Below, piece after piece: positions 21,942 to 31,951 of a DNA stretch of 32,000 bases (the stretch's first letter is position 1; each line of letters begins with the position of its first letter). The DNA is from Propionibacterium freudenreichii subsp. freudenreichii (GTDB lineage: Bacteria > Actinomycetota > Actinomycetes > Propionibacteriales > Propionibacteriaceae), in NCBI RefSeq assembly GCF_000940845.1, contig NZ_CP010341.1, positions 1,860,001 to 1,892,000 on the forward strand. Direction: 5' to 3'. The position numbers and the translations under genes are program-made. The notes below the pieces were generated by a model, which worked only from the letters and a program-made list of their open reading frames with translations, was not told the origin of the DNA and searched no databases.

Positions 21942-23138
21942 ATGAGCCAGCTCGCACACACTGCAGCGCAACGCTTCGAGCAGATCTTCGGCCACGCCCC
22001 CACCGGCGTCTGGGCAGCTCCGGGCAGGGTGAACCTGATCGGCGAGCACACCGACTACAACGGCGGCCTATGCCTGCCGATCGCCCTGCCCCAACGCACC
22101 TATGCGGCCGCCGGCCCCCGCGACGACGACATCGTGCGGGTCACGTCCCTGGACTTCGACGAGCAGGCGGAGGTCAGCCTCGACGACGTGGCACCGGGGG
22201 TTCCCGGCGGCTGGCTGGGCTATGTGGCCGGCACGATCTGGGCGCTGCGCGAGCGGGGCTTCGCAGTGCATGGACTCGACCTGGCCACCACCTCGGATGT
22301 GCCGATCGGCGCCGGACTGTCGAGTTCGGCCGCCATCGAGGGCGCCGCAGGCGGTGCGGCATCGGGGCTGTTCAACCTCGGCCTGCTGGACAGCGACGCA
22401 TCCCGCGTCACGCTGGTCGACGCGTGCCGTCGCGCCGAGAACCACATCGTCGGTGCACCCACCGGGGGGCTCGACCAGACGGCCTCCCTGCGCTGCCTGC
22501 CACGCCATGCCCTGCTCATCGACTTCGGCCATGACGCCCGGGTGCGCCAGATCCCCTTCGACGTGGCGGCCCACGGCCTGCGGTTGTTGGTGATCGACAC
22601 GCGCGCCAAGCACGCACTGGTCGATGGGCAGTATGCCGCCCGCCGCGCGAATTGCGAGCAGGCCGCCCGCGAACTTGGCGTGGACCTGCTGGGACGCATC
22701 ACCTCCGAGCAGCTTCCCGACGCATTGTCGAGGCTCAGCGACCAGACCCTGCGCCGTCGCGTACGCCATGTCGTCACCGAGATCGCCCGCACGAGGCAGT
22801 GCTGTGACGCCCTGGAACACGGCGACTTCCAGCAGGTCGGTGAGCTGTTCAACCAATCACACGCCTCGCTGCGCGACGACTACGAGGTGAGCAGCCCCGA
22901 ACTCGACCTGGCCGTCGCGGCGGCCCGCGGCGCCGGAGCACTGGGCGCGCGGATGACCGGCGGCGGTTTCGGTGGCTCGGCGATCGCGCTCGTGCCGGTG
23001 GCTGCCCTTGATGCCGTGAAGAGGGCCGTCGCCGACGCCTACCTGGCACGCGAATGGACCCCCGCGCATGTGTTCGCAGTGCACGCAGCCGGCCCCGCCG
23101 ACAGGGTCGCCGTCCACGAGGCACAACTGGTCGAGTAG
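21942..23138 (+). CDS. galK: Galactokinase
   Basis: APGRVNLIGEHTDYNGG, PIGAGLSSSAA and ARMTGGGFGGSAIAL, the galactokinase/GHMP signatures. No galT or galE is adjacent. Confidence 0.93.
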   Translation: MSQLAHTAAQRFEQIFGHAPTGVWAAPGRVNLIGEHTDYNGGLCLPIALPQRTYAAAGPRDDDIVRVTSLDFDEQAEVSLDDVAPGVPGGWLGYVAGTIWALRERGFAVHGLDLATTSDVPIGAGLSSSAAIEGAAGGAASGLFNLGLLDSDASRVTLVDACRRAENHIVGAPTGGLDQTASLRCLPRHALLIDFGHDARVRQIPFDVAAHGLRLLVIDTRAKHALVDGQYAARRANCEQAARELGVDLLGRITSEQLPDALSRLSDQTLRRRVRHVVTEIARTRQCCDALEHGDFQQVGELFNQSHASLRDDYEVSSPELDLAVAAARGAGALGARMTGGGFGGSAIALVPVAALDAVKRAVADAYLAREWTPAHVFAVHAAGPADRVAVHEAQLVE

Positions 23139-23184
23139 GCGTCCGCGCCGAGCTGGCCGGCAGCGGTCATCGCGTGGCCGGGGC

Positions 23185-23190
23185 TAGGAT
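23185..23190 (+). promoter_or_regulatory. -10 box TAGGAT placing the TSS at about the first G of the riboswitch (23197)
   Basis: Sequence reads ggcTAGGATgaacgcGGCGATGG. Confidence 0.4.
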
Positions 23191-23196
23191 GAACGC

Positions 23197-23256
23197 GGCG
23201 ATGGATTCCGCCTGGGCCTCGGCCCGAACCGCCGTCCGGCTGATGATTCCTGTCCC
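23197..23256 (+). promoter_or_regulatory. Fluoride riboswitch (crcB RNA motif)
   Basis: GGCGATGGATTCCGCC..(GGGCC-TC-GGCCC insert)..GAACCGCCGTCCGGCTGATGATTCCTGTCCC. This matches the conserved GGnGAUGG..UUCCnCC / AACCGC / CUGAUGAUnCCU blocks as I recall them from the P. syringae and T. petrophila examples. It lies upstream of a crcB-containing operon. Confidence 0.78.
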
Positions 23257-23294
23257 ATGTCGTGGGGCGGATGCTGCCCCGGATCGGATTTCCC

Positions 23295-23828
23295 ATGGCC
23301 AAGCAGGTGCCCCAGCCAAGCGTCGAGCGCATCGTCGCGCCCGCCTCACATCCCTTGGTCGTCGGGGTGGAACCGGGCACCTCCGAGCTGGTGGTGCGCA
23401 CCGCCCTGAGCTGGGCCGCAAGCCTGGGCGCCGAGCTGTACATCGGCTATGCCGATCCCACGCGCATCACGGTGGCTGAATATCCCGATGGCACCGTGCG
23501 CCACACCGAGCTCGACTCCGACCTTCCCGACGACTCCTGGCACGACCGCGAGAAGGCACTGACCGCCGAACTCGCCCGCGTGTGCCACGGCAGCGGCGTC
23601 ACCTGGCATTTCCGCTACCTTGCCGGACGCACGGATCGGGCACTCACCCACCTGGCACGTGCCGTGGACGCCTCGGCGTTCCTGATCGGCGCGAAGGGAC
23701 GCGGCCGCCGGCGCGATCCCCTGGAGTTCCTGCGCAGCTCGGTGGGCACCCAGTTGGCCCATCACCAGCATCGTCCGGTGATCCTGGTGCCGGTGTCGGT
23801 CGTGGACTGGAAGGAGCCGCTGCTGTGA
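23295..23828 (+). CDS. Universal stress protein (UspA) family
   Basis: HPLVVGVEPGTSELVVRTALSWAASLGAEL..FLIGAKGRG..VGTQLAHHQHRPVILVP. The start is ATG 23295 or GTG 23262. The stop overlaps the crcB start as GTGA. Confidence 0.8.
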   Translation: MAKQVPQPSVERIVAPASHPLVVGVEPGTSELVVRTALSWAASLGAELYIGYADPTRITVAEYPDGTVRHTELDSDLPDDSWHDREKALTAELARVCHGSGVTWHFRYLAGRTDRALTHLARAVDASAFLIGAKGRGRRRDPLEFLRSSVGTQLAHHQHRPVILVPVSVVDWKEPLL

Positions 23829-24241
23829 GCTGGCCCGGCGGATTGCTCGTCGCGGTGGGTGGCGGGCTCGGCGCGACGATCCGCTTTGCGCTGAGCACCG
23901 TGGCCCCCGACCATGCCGGGAGCTTCCCGACGACGATCCTGGCGATCAACCTGGTGGGGGCCCTCGCGCTGGGCTGGCTGTCACGGTTCCTGGTGCTCAC
24001 CGGACCCGACGAGGGCTGGCGCCGCCGGGTGCGCCTGGGCGTGGGCACCGGGGTGATCGGTGGCTTCACCACCTACAGCACCTTCATCGTCCAGACCCTG
24101 TCGCTGATGCAGCTGGGAAGGGTCTGGATGGCCCTGGGCTATCTGTTCGCGAGCCTGCTGGGCGGTATCGCCTGCGTCTGGCTCGGCATCGTGGTGGCGG
24201 ACCGGATGGCCCGCACGGCCGGCGAGACGGTGCGCCCATGA
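23825..24241 (+). CDS. crcB: Fluoride channel subunit CrcB/FluC (copy 1)
   Basis: VAVGGGLGATIRF and GVIGGFTTYSTF. GTG 23825 is in frame within track ORF 23582..24241. Confidence 0.9.
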   Translation: MSWPGGLLVAVGGGLGATIRFALSTVAPDHAGSFPTTILAINLVGALALGWLSRFLVLTGPDEGWRRRVRLGVGTGVIGGFTTYSTFIVQTLSLMQLGRVWMALGYLFASLLGGIACVWLGIVVADRMARTAGETVRP

Positions 24242-24624
24242 ACATCACCGCTCCCCTGCTGTGGCTCGGAGTGTTCGTCGCCGGGGGCGTGGGTGCCTGG
24301 TGCCGCTTCCGACTCGACGGCCTGATCGCGCGACATTGGTCACGCAGTGTGCCGGCAGGCACCTTCACCATCAACGTCCTGGGGTCGTTCGGCCTCGGGC
24401 TGCTCACCGGACTGGCCGCAGCGTACGCGAGCCTTGCCCCGCTGACCGTCGTGCTGGGCACCGGGATGATGGGTGGCTTCACCACCTTCAGCACCGCCAA
24501 TGTGGAGGTCGTGCGGCTCATGCTCAGTGGGCGTCCGGGCGCAGGCATCGGCCTCGACGTCGCCACGCTGGTGGTCGCGGGCGCCGCTGCCGTGCTGGGA
24601 CTGTTCCTCGGTGGATTGTGGTGA
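24238..24624 (+). CDS. crcB: Fluoride channel subunit CrcB/FluC (copy 2)
   Basis: VAGGVGAWCRF and GMMGGFTTFST. There is an ATGA overlap with copy 1, consistent with the typical heterodimer pair. Confidence 0.9.
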   Translation: MNITAPLLWLGVFVAGGVGAWCRFRLDGLIARHWSRSVPAGTFTINVLGSFGLGLLTGLAAAYASLAPLTVVLGTGMMGGFTTFSTANVEVVRLMLSGRPGAGIGLDVATLVVAGAAAVLGLFLGGLW

Positions 24625-24670
24625 CCGCTCCGCGATGAGAAACCATGGTCGGCCGCCCCGGGCATCGGGC

Positions 24671-24676
24671 TAGGTT
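24671..24676 (+). promoter_or_regulatory. -10 box TAGGTT, 7 nt upstream of ATG 24684 (leaderless-type)
   Basis: Sequence reads gggcTAGGTTcacaaccATGtca. Confidence 0.45.
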
Positions 24677-24683
24677 CACAACC

Positions 24684-25157
24684 ATGTCAACGTCGCTGTC
24701 GATCAGCTTCACCCCTGCCCCACCCGACTCCGCGCTGGGCCATCACCTGTTGGGCCTGTACTTCGCCGAACTGCAGACGAGCCTTCCCGGTGGTTTCGAC
24801 CCGAGCGGACAGGAGAGCTATGGACCCGACGAGTACTACGTGGCGGCACTGCACGACGGGCAGGCGATCGGATACTGCGGCTACCGGCCTCTGGGCCCCA
24901 CCGACGCCGAGATCAAGAAGCTCTGGGTGAGTCCCGACTTCCGCGGGATGGACGTGGCCAATCGGCTGATGGCCCACGTCGAACAGCAGGCGGCACGCGA
25001 CGGCTTCACCAGGGCCCTGCTCGACACCAGCGACCTACTGACCCACGCCGTGGGCCTGTACGAACACCGCGGCTATCACCGAATCGACCGGTACAACGAC
25101 AATCCCTACGCAACCCTGTTCTTTGCCAAGGCGTTGGGGACTGCGCCCGGACGCTGA
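24684..25157 (+). CDS. GNAT family N-acetyltransferase
   Basis: EIKKLWVSPDFRGMDVANRLMAHVEQQAARDGFTRALLDT..AVGLYEHRGY, corresponding to GNAT motifs A and B. Confidence 0.82.
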   Translation: MSTSLSISFTPAPPDSALGHHLLGLYFAELQTSLPGGFDPSGQESYGPDEYYVAALHDGQAIGYCGYRPLGPTDAEIKKLWVSPDFRGMDVANRLMAHVEQQAARDGFTRALLDTSDLLTHAVGLYEHRGYHRIDRYNDNPYATLFFAKALGTAPGR

Positions 25158-25220
25158 GGCGGTTGGACGCCCGGTGGTTCCCCGTCCCGCCTCCGCTGGC
25201 CGGATTCCGCCCCGGAGCAT

Positions 25221-25228
25221 GCAAAAGG
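25221..25228. repeat. Target-site duplication GCAAAAGG (left copy)
   Basis: An identical 8-mer (extendable to 9 nt, GCAAAAGGG) directly flanks both IS ends. Confidence 0.8.
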
Positions 25229-26667
25229 GGCTCATCCCAATCGGGGGTGTAGGAGTTGGGGTCTGAAGCCGCCGGTCTCGAGCAGGCTTCGGGCGATGTA
25301 GTTGGTCAGGTTGCGGAACCCGAGTGCGGAGCCGCGCAGGTGTTCGAGCCGTCCGTTGAGCGCCTCGGTCGGCCCGTTGCTGGTGCCGGGTCGTTCGAAG
25401 TAGGCGAGCACGTCAGCGGCTCGCTTCTTCAGGGTCCGGCCCAGGGTGGTGAGCTCGGTGAGCACCTTGGGGACGCCGGCGCTGAGGTCGGTGATCAGCT
25501 TCTCCATGAGCTCGCGGCCACGTTGCCGGTCCTCGTGGCGATAGGCGGCGATCATGCGCTGGTAGACACCCCAGGTCGCCTCGACCTCGACGTGAGCGTC
25601 ATCAACGAACAGCGCGCGTAGCCTGTCGCTCTGCTTGTCGGTGAGCAGGTCCGCGCCGGTGTGCAGCGTGCGCCGCGACTTGTAGAGCGGGTCGTCCCTG
25701 AACCCACGGTGCCCGTGGATCGCGAGTTGGACCCGGCGCCGGCACCTGTCGAGGGCGTCACCGGCCAGGCGCACGACGTGGAAGGGATCCATCACCGTGA
25801 CCGCGTCCGGGATCTCCTCTGCAGCGGCGGTCTTGAACCCGGTGAAGCCGTCCATCGCGACCACCTCGACCGCGTCACGGAAGGCGTCGTCGCGGTCGGC
25901 GAGCCAGGTCTTGAACGCCGCCTTCGACCGGCCCTCGACCATGTCCAGCAGCCTTGCTGGGCCGGCGCCATCGCGGACCGGGGTGAGGTCGATGATCACG
26001 GTGACGTACTTGTCGCCACGCCTGGTGTGGCGCCAGACGTGCTCATCGACGCCAATGACCTTCACGCCCTCAAACCGCGTGGGGTCGTTGATCAGCAGCC
26101 GCTTGCCTTCAGCCAGGACCGCGTTGTTGGCGGTGTCCCACGCGACCCCGAGTCCCTCGGCGACACGGGCGACGGTGAGGTGTGCGACCACGATCCCTTC
26201 CAGCGCCCACCGCAGCCCGGTGCGCGAGAGCTTCGCGCGTGGCTCCGCCGCGGCGCTGGTGTCTTGGCGCCACACGTGTCCGCAGTCGGCACAGCGGTAG
26301 CGGCGCACTACAACTTCCAGCACGGTCGGTCGCCAGCCCAGCGGCTCGTGGGCCAACCGCCGGATCACGGTGTCACGAGCAGCGCCTTCGCTGCCGCACC
26401 GTCGGCACCACTGATCTGGTTCCACCACGCGGCACGCGAGGACCGCACGATCCGGTTCAAGTCGTTGTCCGGTCACGCTCAGACCGAGGCCGTCGAGTCG
26501 AGCGAAGGCGGTCAGGTCAGGGCGGCCGAAGCCGGCCGGCGGGGTAGCGTCGGACACGTCGAGGTCTTTCGGATGGATGGCGTAGGAACCTCCATCGTCG
26601 GGAGACCTCGACGTCTATCTGCGGACCGACGCGCCCGGCCGACCTACACCCTCATCTGAGAAGACCC
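25229..26667 (-). mobile_element. ISL3-family insertion sequence (~1439 bp)
   Basis: Terminal inverted repeats: GGCTCATCCCAATCGGGGGTGTAGG (25229-) versus the reverse complement of the right end, GGGTCTTCTCAGATGAGGGTGTAGG. About 18 of 27 positions match, and the GGCTCTTC-like tips are typical of ISL3. It has a single transposase ORF and an 8-bp DR. Confidence 0.88.
25232..26557 (-). CDS. ISL3 family transposase
   Basis: N-terminal zinc-finger pattern CRRCG..CADCG followed by an ISL3-type DDE region (GVDEHVWRH.., VAMDGFTGFK.., DPFHVV). GTG start. The stop lies inside the terminal IR. Confidence 0.9.
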   Translation of the reverse strand: MSDATPPAGFGRPDLTAFARLDGLGLSVTGQRLEPDRAVLACRVVEPDQWCRRCGSEGAARDTVIRRLAHEPLGWRPTVLEVVVRRYRCADCGHVWRQDTSAAAEPRAKLSRTGLRWALEGIVVAHLTVARVAEGLGVAWDTANNAVLAEGKRLLINDPTRFEGVKVIGVDEHVWRHTRRGDKYVTVIIDLTPVRDGAGPARLLDMVEGRSKAAFKTWLADRDDAFRDAVEVVAMDGFTGFKTAAAEEIPDAVTVMDPFHVVRLAGDALDRCRRRVQLAIHGHRGFRDDPLYKSRRTLHTGADLLTDKQSDRLRALFVDDAHVEVEATWGVYQRMIAAYRHEDRQRGRELMEKLITDLSAGVPKVLTELTTLGRTLKKRAADVLAYFERPGTSNGPTEALNGRLEHLRGSALGFRNLTNYIARSLLETGGFRPQLLHPRLG

Positions 26668-26675
26668 GCAAAAGG
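26668..26675. repeat. Target-site duplication GCAAAAGG (right copy)
   Basis: See the left copy. Confidence 0.8.
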
Positions 26676-26704
26676 GCCGCACCCACCAACGGTGGGCACG
26701 ACCC
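26668..26704 (-). terminator. Intrinsic terminator of gdhA
   Basis: The minus-strand RNA reads GGGUCGUGCCCACC-GUU-GGUGGGUGCGGCCC followed by UUUUGC. The three plus-strand mismatches become G.U pairs only on the minus transcript. It begins 20 nt after the gdhA stop. Confidence 0.7.
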
Positions 26705-26723
26705 TTCCGGCCGAACGGATGAC

Positions 26724-28100
<1,377 letters not shown>

Positions 28101-28194
28101 TCATCATCACAGCGCCCGGCGCGGCAGTTCCGGATCCCGGATCAGCAGCGTGCGCGATGATTCATGCGCTAACGCACGGTGACGCCGGCAGGGC

Positions 28195-28206
28195 CGGATA
28201 TATCCG
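28195..28206. promoter_or_regulatory. Perfect 12-bp palindrome CGGATATATCCG upstream of gdhA
   Basis: Read directly from the sequence. Also nearby are tandem CCGGATC x2 (28130-28143) and the palindrome ATGATTCAT (28157-28165). Confidence 0.35.
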
Positions 28207-28242
28207 TTCCCCACCGACGCCACCGGGTGCGTTGCGAGCGGC

Positions 28243-29730
28243 TCAGGCCCTTGCCCCGGCCAGTTCGCCGTCATGTTGCGCGAGCACGCGGGCAGCCTGG
28301 TCGGCCACCTCGTTGCCCTTGCGGCGGGTCGGGATGAAGGCCGCGATCGCCGCGCAGACCGCTGCCGCCACCAGGCCCAGGATCAGCGCCATGTGGAAGC
28401 CGTCAGCCGAGGGGATCGACTGGCCACCGACCGTGGACGACATGGAGGCCAGCACGCTGGCCACCACCGCGGAGGCCACCGCGGTTCCCAACGAGCGCAT
28501 CAGGGTGTTCAGCCCGTTGGCGGCGCCGGTCTCCGATTCGGGCACGGCACGCATGATCAGCGTCGGCATCGCCGCATAGTCGAGGCCGGTGCCCACGCCG
28601 ATGAGGCCGTTGACCAGCAGCACATGCCAGGCATGCAGGTGCAGCGAGGCCGCCAACACATAGCCTGCGGCGATGATCGCCGCCCCGAGCACGAGCAGCG
28701 CCTTGGGGCCCCAGACCTTCTCGAGGCGCCCCGCCACCGGCGACATGATGAGCATTGCCAGCCCCGAGGGCGCCAGGATCAGGCTGGCCCTCAACAGGGG
28801 CAGGCCGGTGCCGCCCACGGCTTCGGGCAATTGCAGCAGTTGCGGGAACACGATGCTGGACGCGAACAGTGCGAAGCCCATGGCGATGGAGGCCAGGTTG
28901 GTCATCAGCACGGGCCCACGCGCGGCCACCCGGATATCAACGAGTGGCTCGCGGATCCGCAGTTCGAGGATGACCCAGACCACCAGCACTGCCAGGCCAC
29001 CGCCGAGCAGGCCGAGGGTCGTGCCAGAGATCCAGCCCCATTCATTGCCACGCGAGACGGCCAGCAGCACGCCACCCAGCCCGAGCGCCAGGCCGATCAG
29101 GCCCACCGCGTCCACGCGACCGCCGGTACGCACCCCGGCGTCGGGCACGAGCCAGGCGATCAGGGCAACGACGATCGCACCCATTGCCGCGGCCACCCAG
29201 AACAGCACATGCCAGTCGAAGTGTTCGGTGACGAAGGCGCTGATGGGAAGGCCGATGGCCCCGCCCACGCCCAGCGTGGCGCTGACCAAGGCGATGGACG
29301 ACCCGAGGCGTTGTGGTGGCAACAGGTCGCGCAGCAGCGAGATCCCCAGTGGGATCACGCCCATGCCCATGCCCTGCAATCCGCGCCCCACGATGAGGGG
29401 GCCGACCGAGGGCGACACTGCGGCGACCACCGAGCCGGCGACCAGCAGGCTGAGCAGGATCAGGGCGATGCGGCGCTTGCCGAACATATCGCCGAGCTTG
29501 CCCGAGATGGGCGTGCAGATCGCCGAGACGAGCAGGGTGATGGTGATCACCCACGCGGTGTTGTCACGCGTGGTCGCCAGCCGTTCGGGCAGCGAGCTCT
29601 GGATGGGAATGAGGATCGTCTGCATGAACGAGGCCACCAGGCCCGCGGACGCCAGGACCGCCACGATCACGCCGGGGTGGCGTGCGCCATGCCCCGCGAC
29701 GGTGCTGCGGGTGCTTTCAAGTTCAGTCAA
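28243..29730 (-). CDS. MFS transporter, DHA2 (EmrB/QacA, 14-TMS) drug:H+ antiporter-like
   Basis: ISGKLGDMFGKRR, GRGLQGMGMGVIPLG, and about 14 hydrophobic segments. TTG start preceded by GGAGG plus 7 nt. Divergent from a TetR gene. Confidence 0.85.
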   Translation of the reverse strand: MTELESTRSTVAGHGARHPGVIVAVLASAGLVASFMQTILIPIQSSLPERLATTRDNTAWVITITLLVSAICTPISGKLGDMFGKRRIALILLSLLVAGSVVAAVSPSVGPLIVGRGLQGMGMGVIPLGISLLRDLLPPQRLGSSIALVSATLGVGGAIGLPISAFVTEHFDWHVLFWVAAAMGAIVVALIAWLVPDAGVRTGGRVDAVGLIGLALGLGGVLLAVSRGNEWGWISGTTLGLLGGGLAVLVVWVILELRIREPLVDIRVAARGPVLMTNLASIAMGFALFASSIVFPQLLQLPEAVGGTGLPLLRASLILAPSGLAMLIMSPVAGRLEKVWGPKALLVLGAAIIAAGYVLAASLHLHAWHVLLVNGLIGVGTGLDYAAMPTLIMRAVPESETGAANGLNTLMRSLGTAVASAVVASVLASMSSTVGGQSIPSADGFHMALILGLVAAAVCAAIAAFIPTRRKGNEVADQAARVLAQHDGELAGARA

Positions 29731-29769
29731 TTCTGAACCTCCGAGAGAAGTCGGTCAGGAATTCGGGAG

Positions 29770-29784
29770 TGAGACTGCGTCTCA
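29770..29784. promoter_or_regulatory. Candidate TetR operator TGAGAC-TGC-GTCTCA, with an extra half-site TGAGAGAC at 29788-29795
   Basis: Perfect 6-bp arms in the 112-bp divergent MFS/TetR spacer, downstream of a GATACT -10-like box for the MFS gene. Confidence 0.45.
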
Positions 29785-29830
29785 TCCGTGAGAGACAGTA
29801 TCACCCCTGAGACCGAGTCCCAAGTGGTGT

Positions 29831-29836
29831 TACGCT
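29831..29836 (+). promoter_or_regulatory. -10 box TACGCT, 6 nt upstream of ATG 29843 (leaderless-type)
   Basis: Sequence reads gtgtTACGCTggcgccATGcca. Confidence 0.45.
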
Positions 29837-29842
29837 GGCGCC

Positions 29843-30436
29843 ATGCCAACCCGAGTGCGCGACCGCAGCCGCGAGATGTTCCGTGAACGCCTCGCCGAAG
29901 CGCTCAGCGAGGTGTTCGTCGCGCGCGGGTTCGACGACGTGACGGTCGCGGAGGCCGCGCGTGCCGTCGGCATCTCACGGGCCACCTTCTTCCGCTATTT
30001 CAGCTCGAAGGAGGACGCGGCGCTGGCCAGCGTCGAGGGCTCCAACTTTGATTTCGGGGCCGTGCTCGCAGACCTTGACCTGCGCCCCGACGACAGTTGC
30101 TGGAGCCTGCTGCAACGCACCTTCCGCCACAGCCTCGCCGGGGTGGGCGGCGCCACGAGTTCCCAGCTCGACCAGCTACGCATGATCCATGCGACCCCGT
30201 CGTTGCGTGCCCGCCTGAGCTTCCGCCGGTTGCAGCTGGAGCCCTCGCTGACCGCGGCACTGGTGGGTCATGGCGTGCCGGCCGACCGTGCACATACCGC
30301 CGCGATGGCCGGCCTGGCCGCCCTGGAGGTCGCCTGGGAACGCTGGGCACTGCACGAGAGCCCCTCGTTGGCACGTGCCCTCGACGAGGCCTTCGCTGAC
30401 CTGACCGCCGCGGACAAGCCGATTTCGGCCGGCTGA
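29843..30436 (+). CDS. TetR/AcrR family transcriptional regulator
   Basis: FDDVTVAEAARAVGISRATFFRYFSSKEDA is a TetR HTH. Confidence 0.88.
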   Translation: MPTRVRDRSREMFRERLAEALSEVFVARGFDDVTVAEAARAVGISRATFFRYFSSKEDAALASVEGSNFDFGAVLADLDLRPDDSCWSLLQRTFRHSLAGVGGATSSQLDQLRMIHATPSLRARLSFRRLQLEPSLTAALVGHGVPADRAHTAAMAGLAALEVAWERWALHESPSLARALDEAFADLTAADKPISAG

Positions 30437-30511
30437 CCGACGCCCACCCACGTGGCGAGCAGCCGTAGCGCGTCGGCCGATGCCGAGCCGGGTGCCGCGG
30501 GACGGGTGATG

Positions 30512-31951
30512 TCAGGCAGGGATCGGGGAATCCTCGGGCGCTTCGACCACGGGAGCCGAACCCATGAGGGGCTGGCCCGCGGTCTCCTTCATCGGCACCA
30601 GTGCAATGCCCGCGATCACCGCGAAGAACATGATGTAGAACGCCGGCATATAGGGGTTTCCGGTCAGCTGGATCAGCCACTGGCAGATCAGCGGCGTCGT
30701 CCCGCCGAACAGCGACACCGCCAGGTTGAAGGCAATGCCCATCGCACCGAAGCGGGTTGCAGTGGGGAACAGGGCCGGCAGCGCGGACGCCGAGACCGCC
30801 AGGTAGAACGAGGTGGGCACCGCGACGATGAACAGCGCACCCAGCACGGCAGCCTCGGTGCCGATCCGCATCACGGCGAACGCGGGAACCATGGTGATCA
30901 GGGTGAGCACCACCGCGATCCAGTAGATGGGCTTGCGCCCGATCCGGTCACTGAGCCGGCCCAGGAAGGGCAGCGCGAACGACAGCACGATGAGCACGGG
31001 CACGGTGGCGAGCGCTGCCATCAGGTTGCCGACGCCCACTTCTTCCTCGAGGTAAGTCGGCATATAGCTGGTGAGGGCATAGGCCGAGCACTGCGTGGCC
31101 GAGACCAGCGCCATGCACACCAGGATCGGACGCCAGTGGTGGCGGATGATGCCCAGCACGCCGTGGCGGGCCATGGGATCGTCGGCAGCGGCGACGCTCA
31201 ACTCGGCGTCGAGCTCATCGGACTCCTCCTCGAAGACGGGCGTCTCGGGGATGCGCATCCGGAAGTAGATCGCCGCGGCGCCCAGCGGCAGGGCGCTGAG
31301 GAAGGGGATGCGCCAGCCGTAGTCGAGCATGGCATCGGGCCCCGATAGGTGGTTGACGATCACGGTGACCAGGCCCACCACCCCGGCTCCGGCCGCGAAG
31401 CCGATGTAGGAGCCGACGTCGAGCCAGGCGGAGTAGAAGCCGCGCTTCTTGTCGGGTGAGAACTCCGACACATAGGTGGTGGCCCCGGCGTATTCGCCGC
31501 CGGTGGAGAAGCCCTGCACCAGGCGCAGCAGATAGAGGGGCACGATCGCCCACAGGCCGATCTGTTGCGAGGTGGGCAGCACGCCGATGAGGGTCGTGGC
31601 GATGGCCATCAGCGCCATGGTGAGGAACAGCACGCTCTTGCGTCCGATGCGGTCACCAAGCGGCCCGAGGATCAGCCCGCCGATGGGACGCACCACGAAG
31701 CTCACCGCGAAGCCGAACAGCGTGATGAGCAGGCCGGCCGACCGCTCGACCCCGGAAGTGAACACAGTGGTCATGGTGACCGCCAGGTATCCGTAGATGC
31801 CGAAGCCGAACCACTCCATGAAGTTGCCCACGGCGGTGCCGGTGATCGCCTTGCGGATGGTCCGGGGATGCACCAACAGCGGCTCGACCGTTGTCGCAGC
31901 CGGCGCATCTGACGTCGCGGAGGGGTCGGGTGCTGAGCCGTGGTGAGTCAC
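30512..31951 (-). CDS. MFS transporter, metabolite:H+ symporter (MHS; ProP/KgtP-like) family
   Basis: GNFMEWFGFGIYGY, PLGDRIGRKSVL and LRLVQGFSTGGEYAGATTYVSEFSP. The likely start is GTG 31951, after AGGAtcagc. The track ORF reaches 31999 at the window edge. Confidence 0.85.
   Translation of the reverse strand: MTHHGSAPDPSATSDAPAATTVEPLLVHPRTIRKAITGTAVGNFMEWFGFGIYGYLAVTMTTVFTSGVERSAGLLITLFGFAVSFVVRPIGGLILGPLGDRIGRKSVLFLTMALMAIATTLIGVLPTSQQIGLWAIVPLYLLRLVQGFSTGGEYAGATTYVSEFSPDKKRGFYSAWLDVGSYIGFAAGAGVVGLVTVIVNHLSGPDAMLDYGWRIPFLSALPLGAAAIYFRMRIPETPVFEEESDELDAELSVAAADDPMARHGVLGIIRHHWRPILVCMALVSATQCSAYALTSYMPTYLEEEVGVGNLMAALATVPVLIVLSFALPFLGRLSDRIGRKPIYWIAVVLTLITMVPAFAVMRIGTEAAVLGALFIVAVPTSFYLAVSASALPALFPTATRFGAMGIAFNLAVSLFGGTTPLICQWLIQLTGNPYMPAFYIMFFAVIAGIALVPMKETAGQPLMGSAPVVEAPEDSPIPA

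Noticed and set aside
30437-30511. Hairpin CCGACGC..(CCACGTGG)..GCGTCGG between the convergent TetR and MHS transporter genes
   Set aside because: The 7-bp stem has a 24-nt loop and no U-tract. It is plausible as a weak bidirectional terminator but not distinctive enough to report as a feature.
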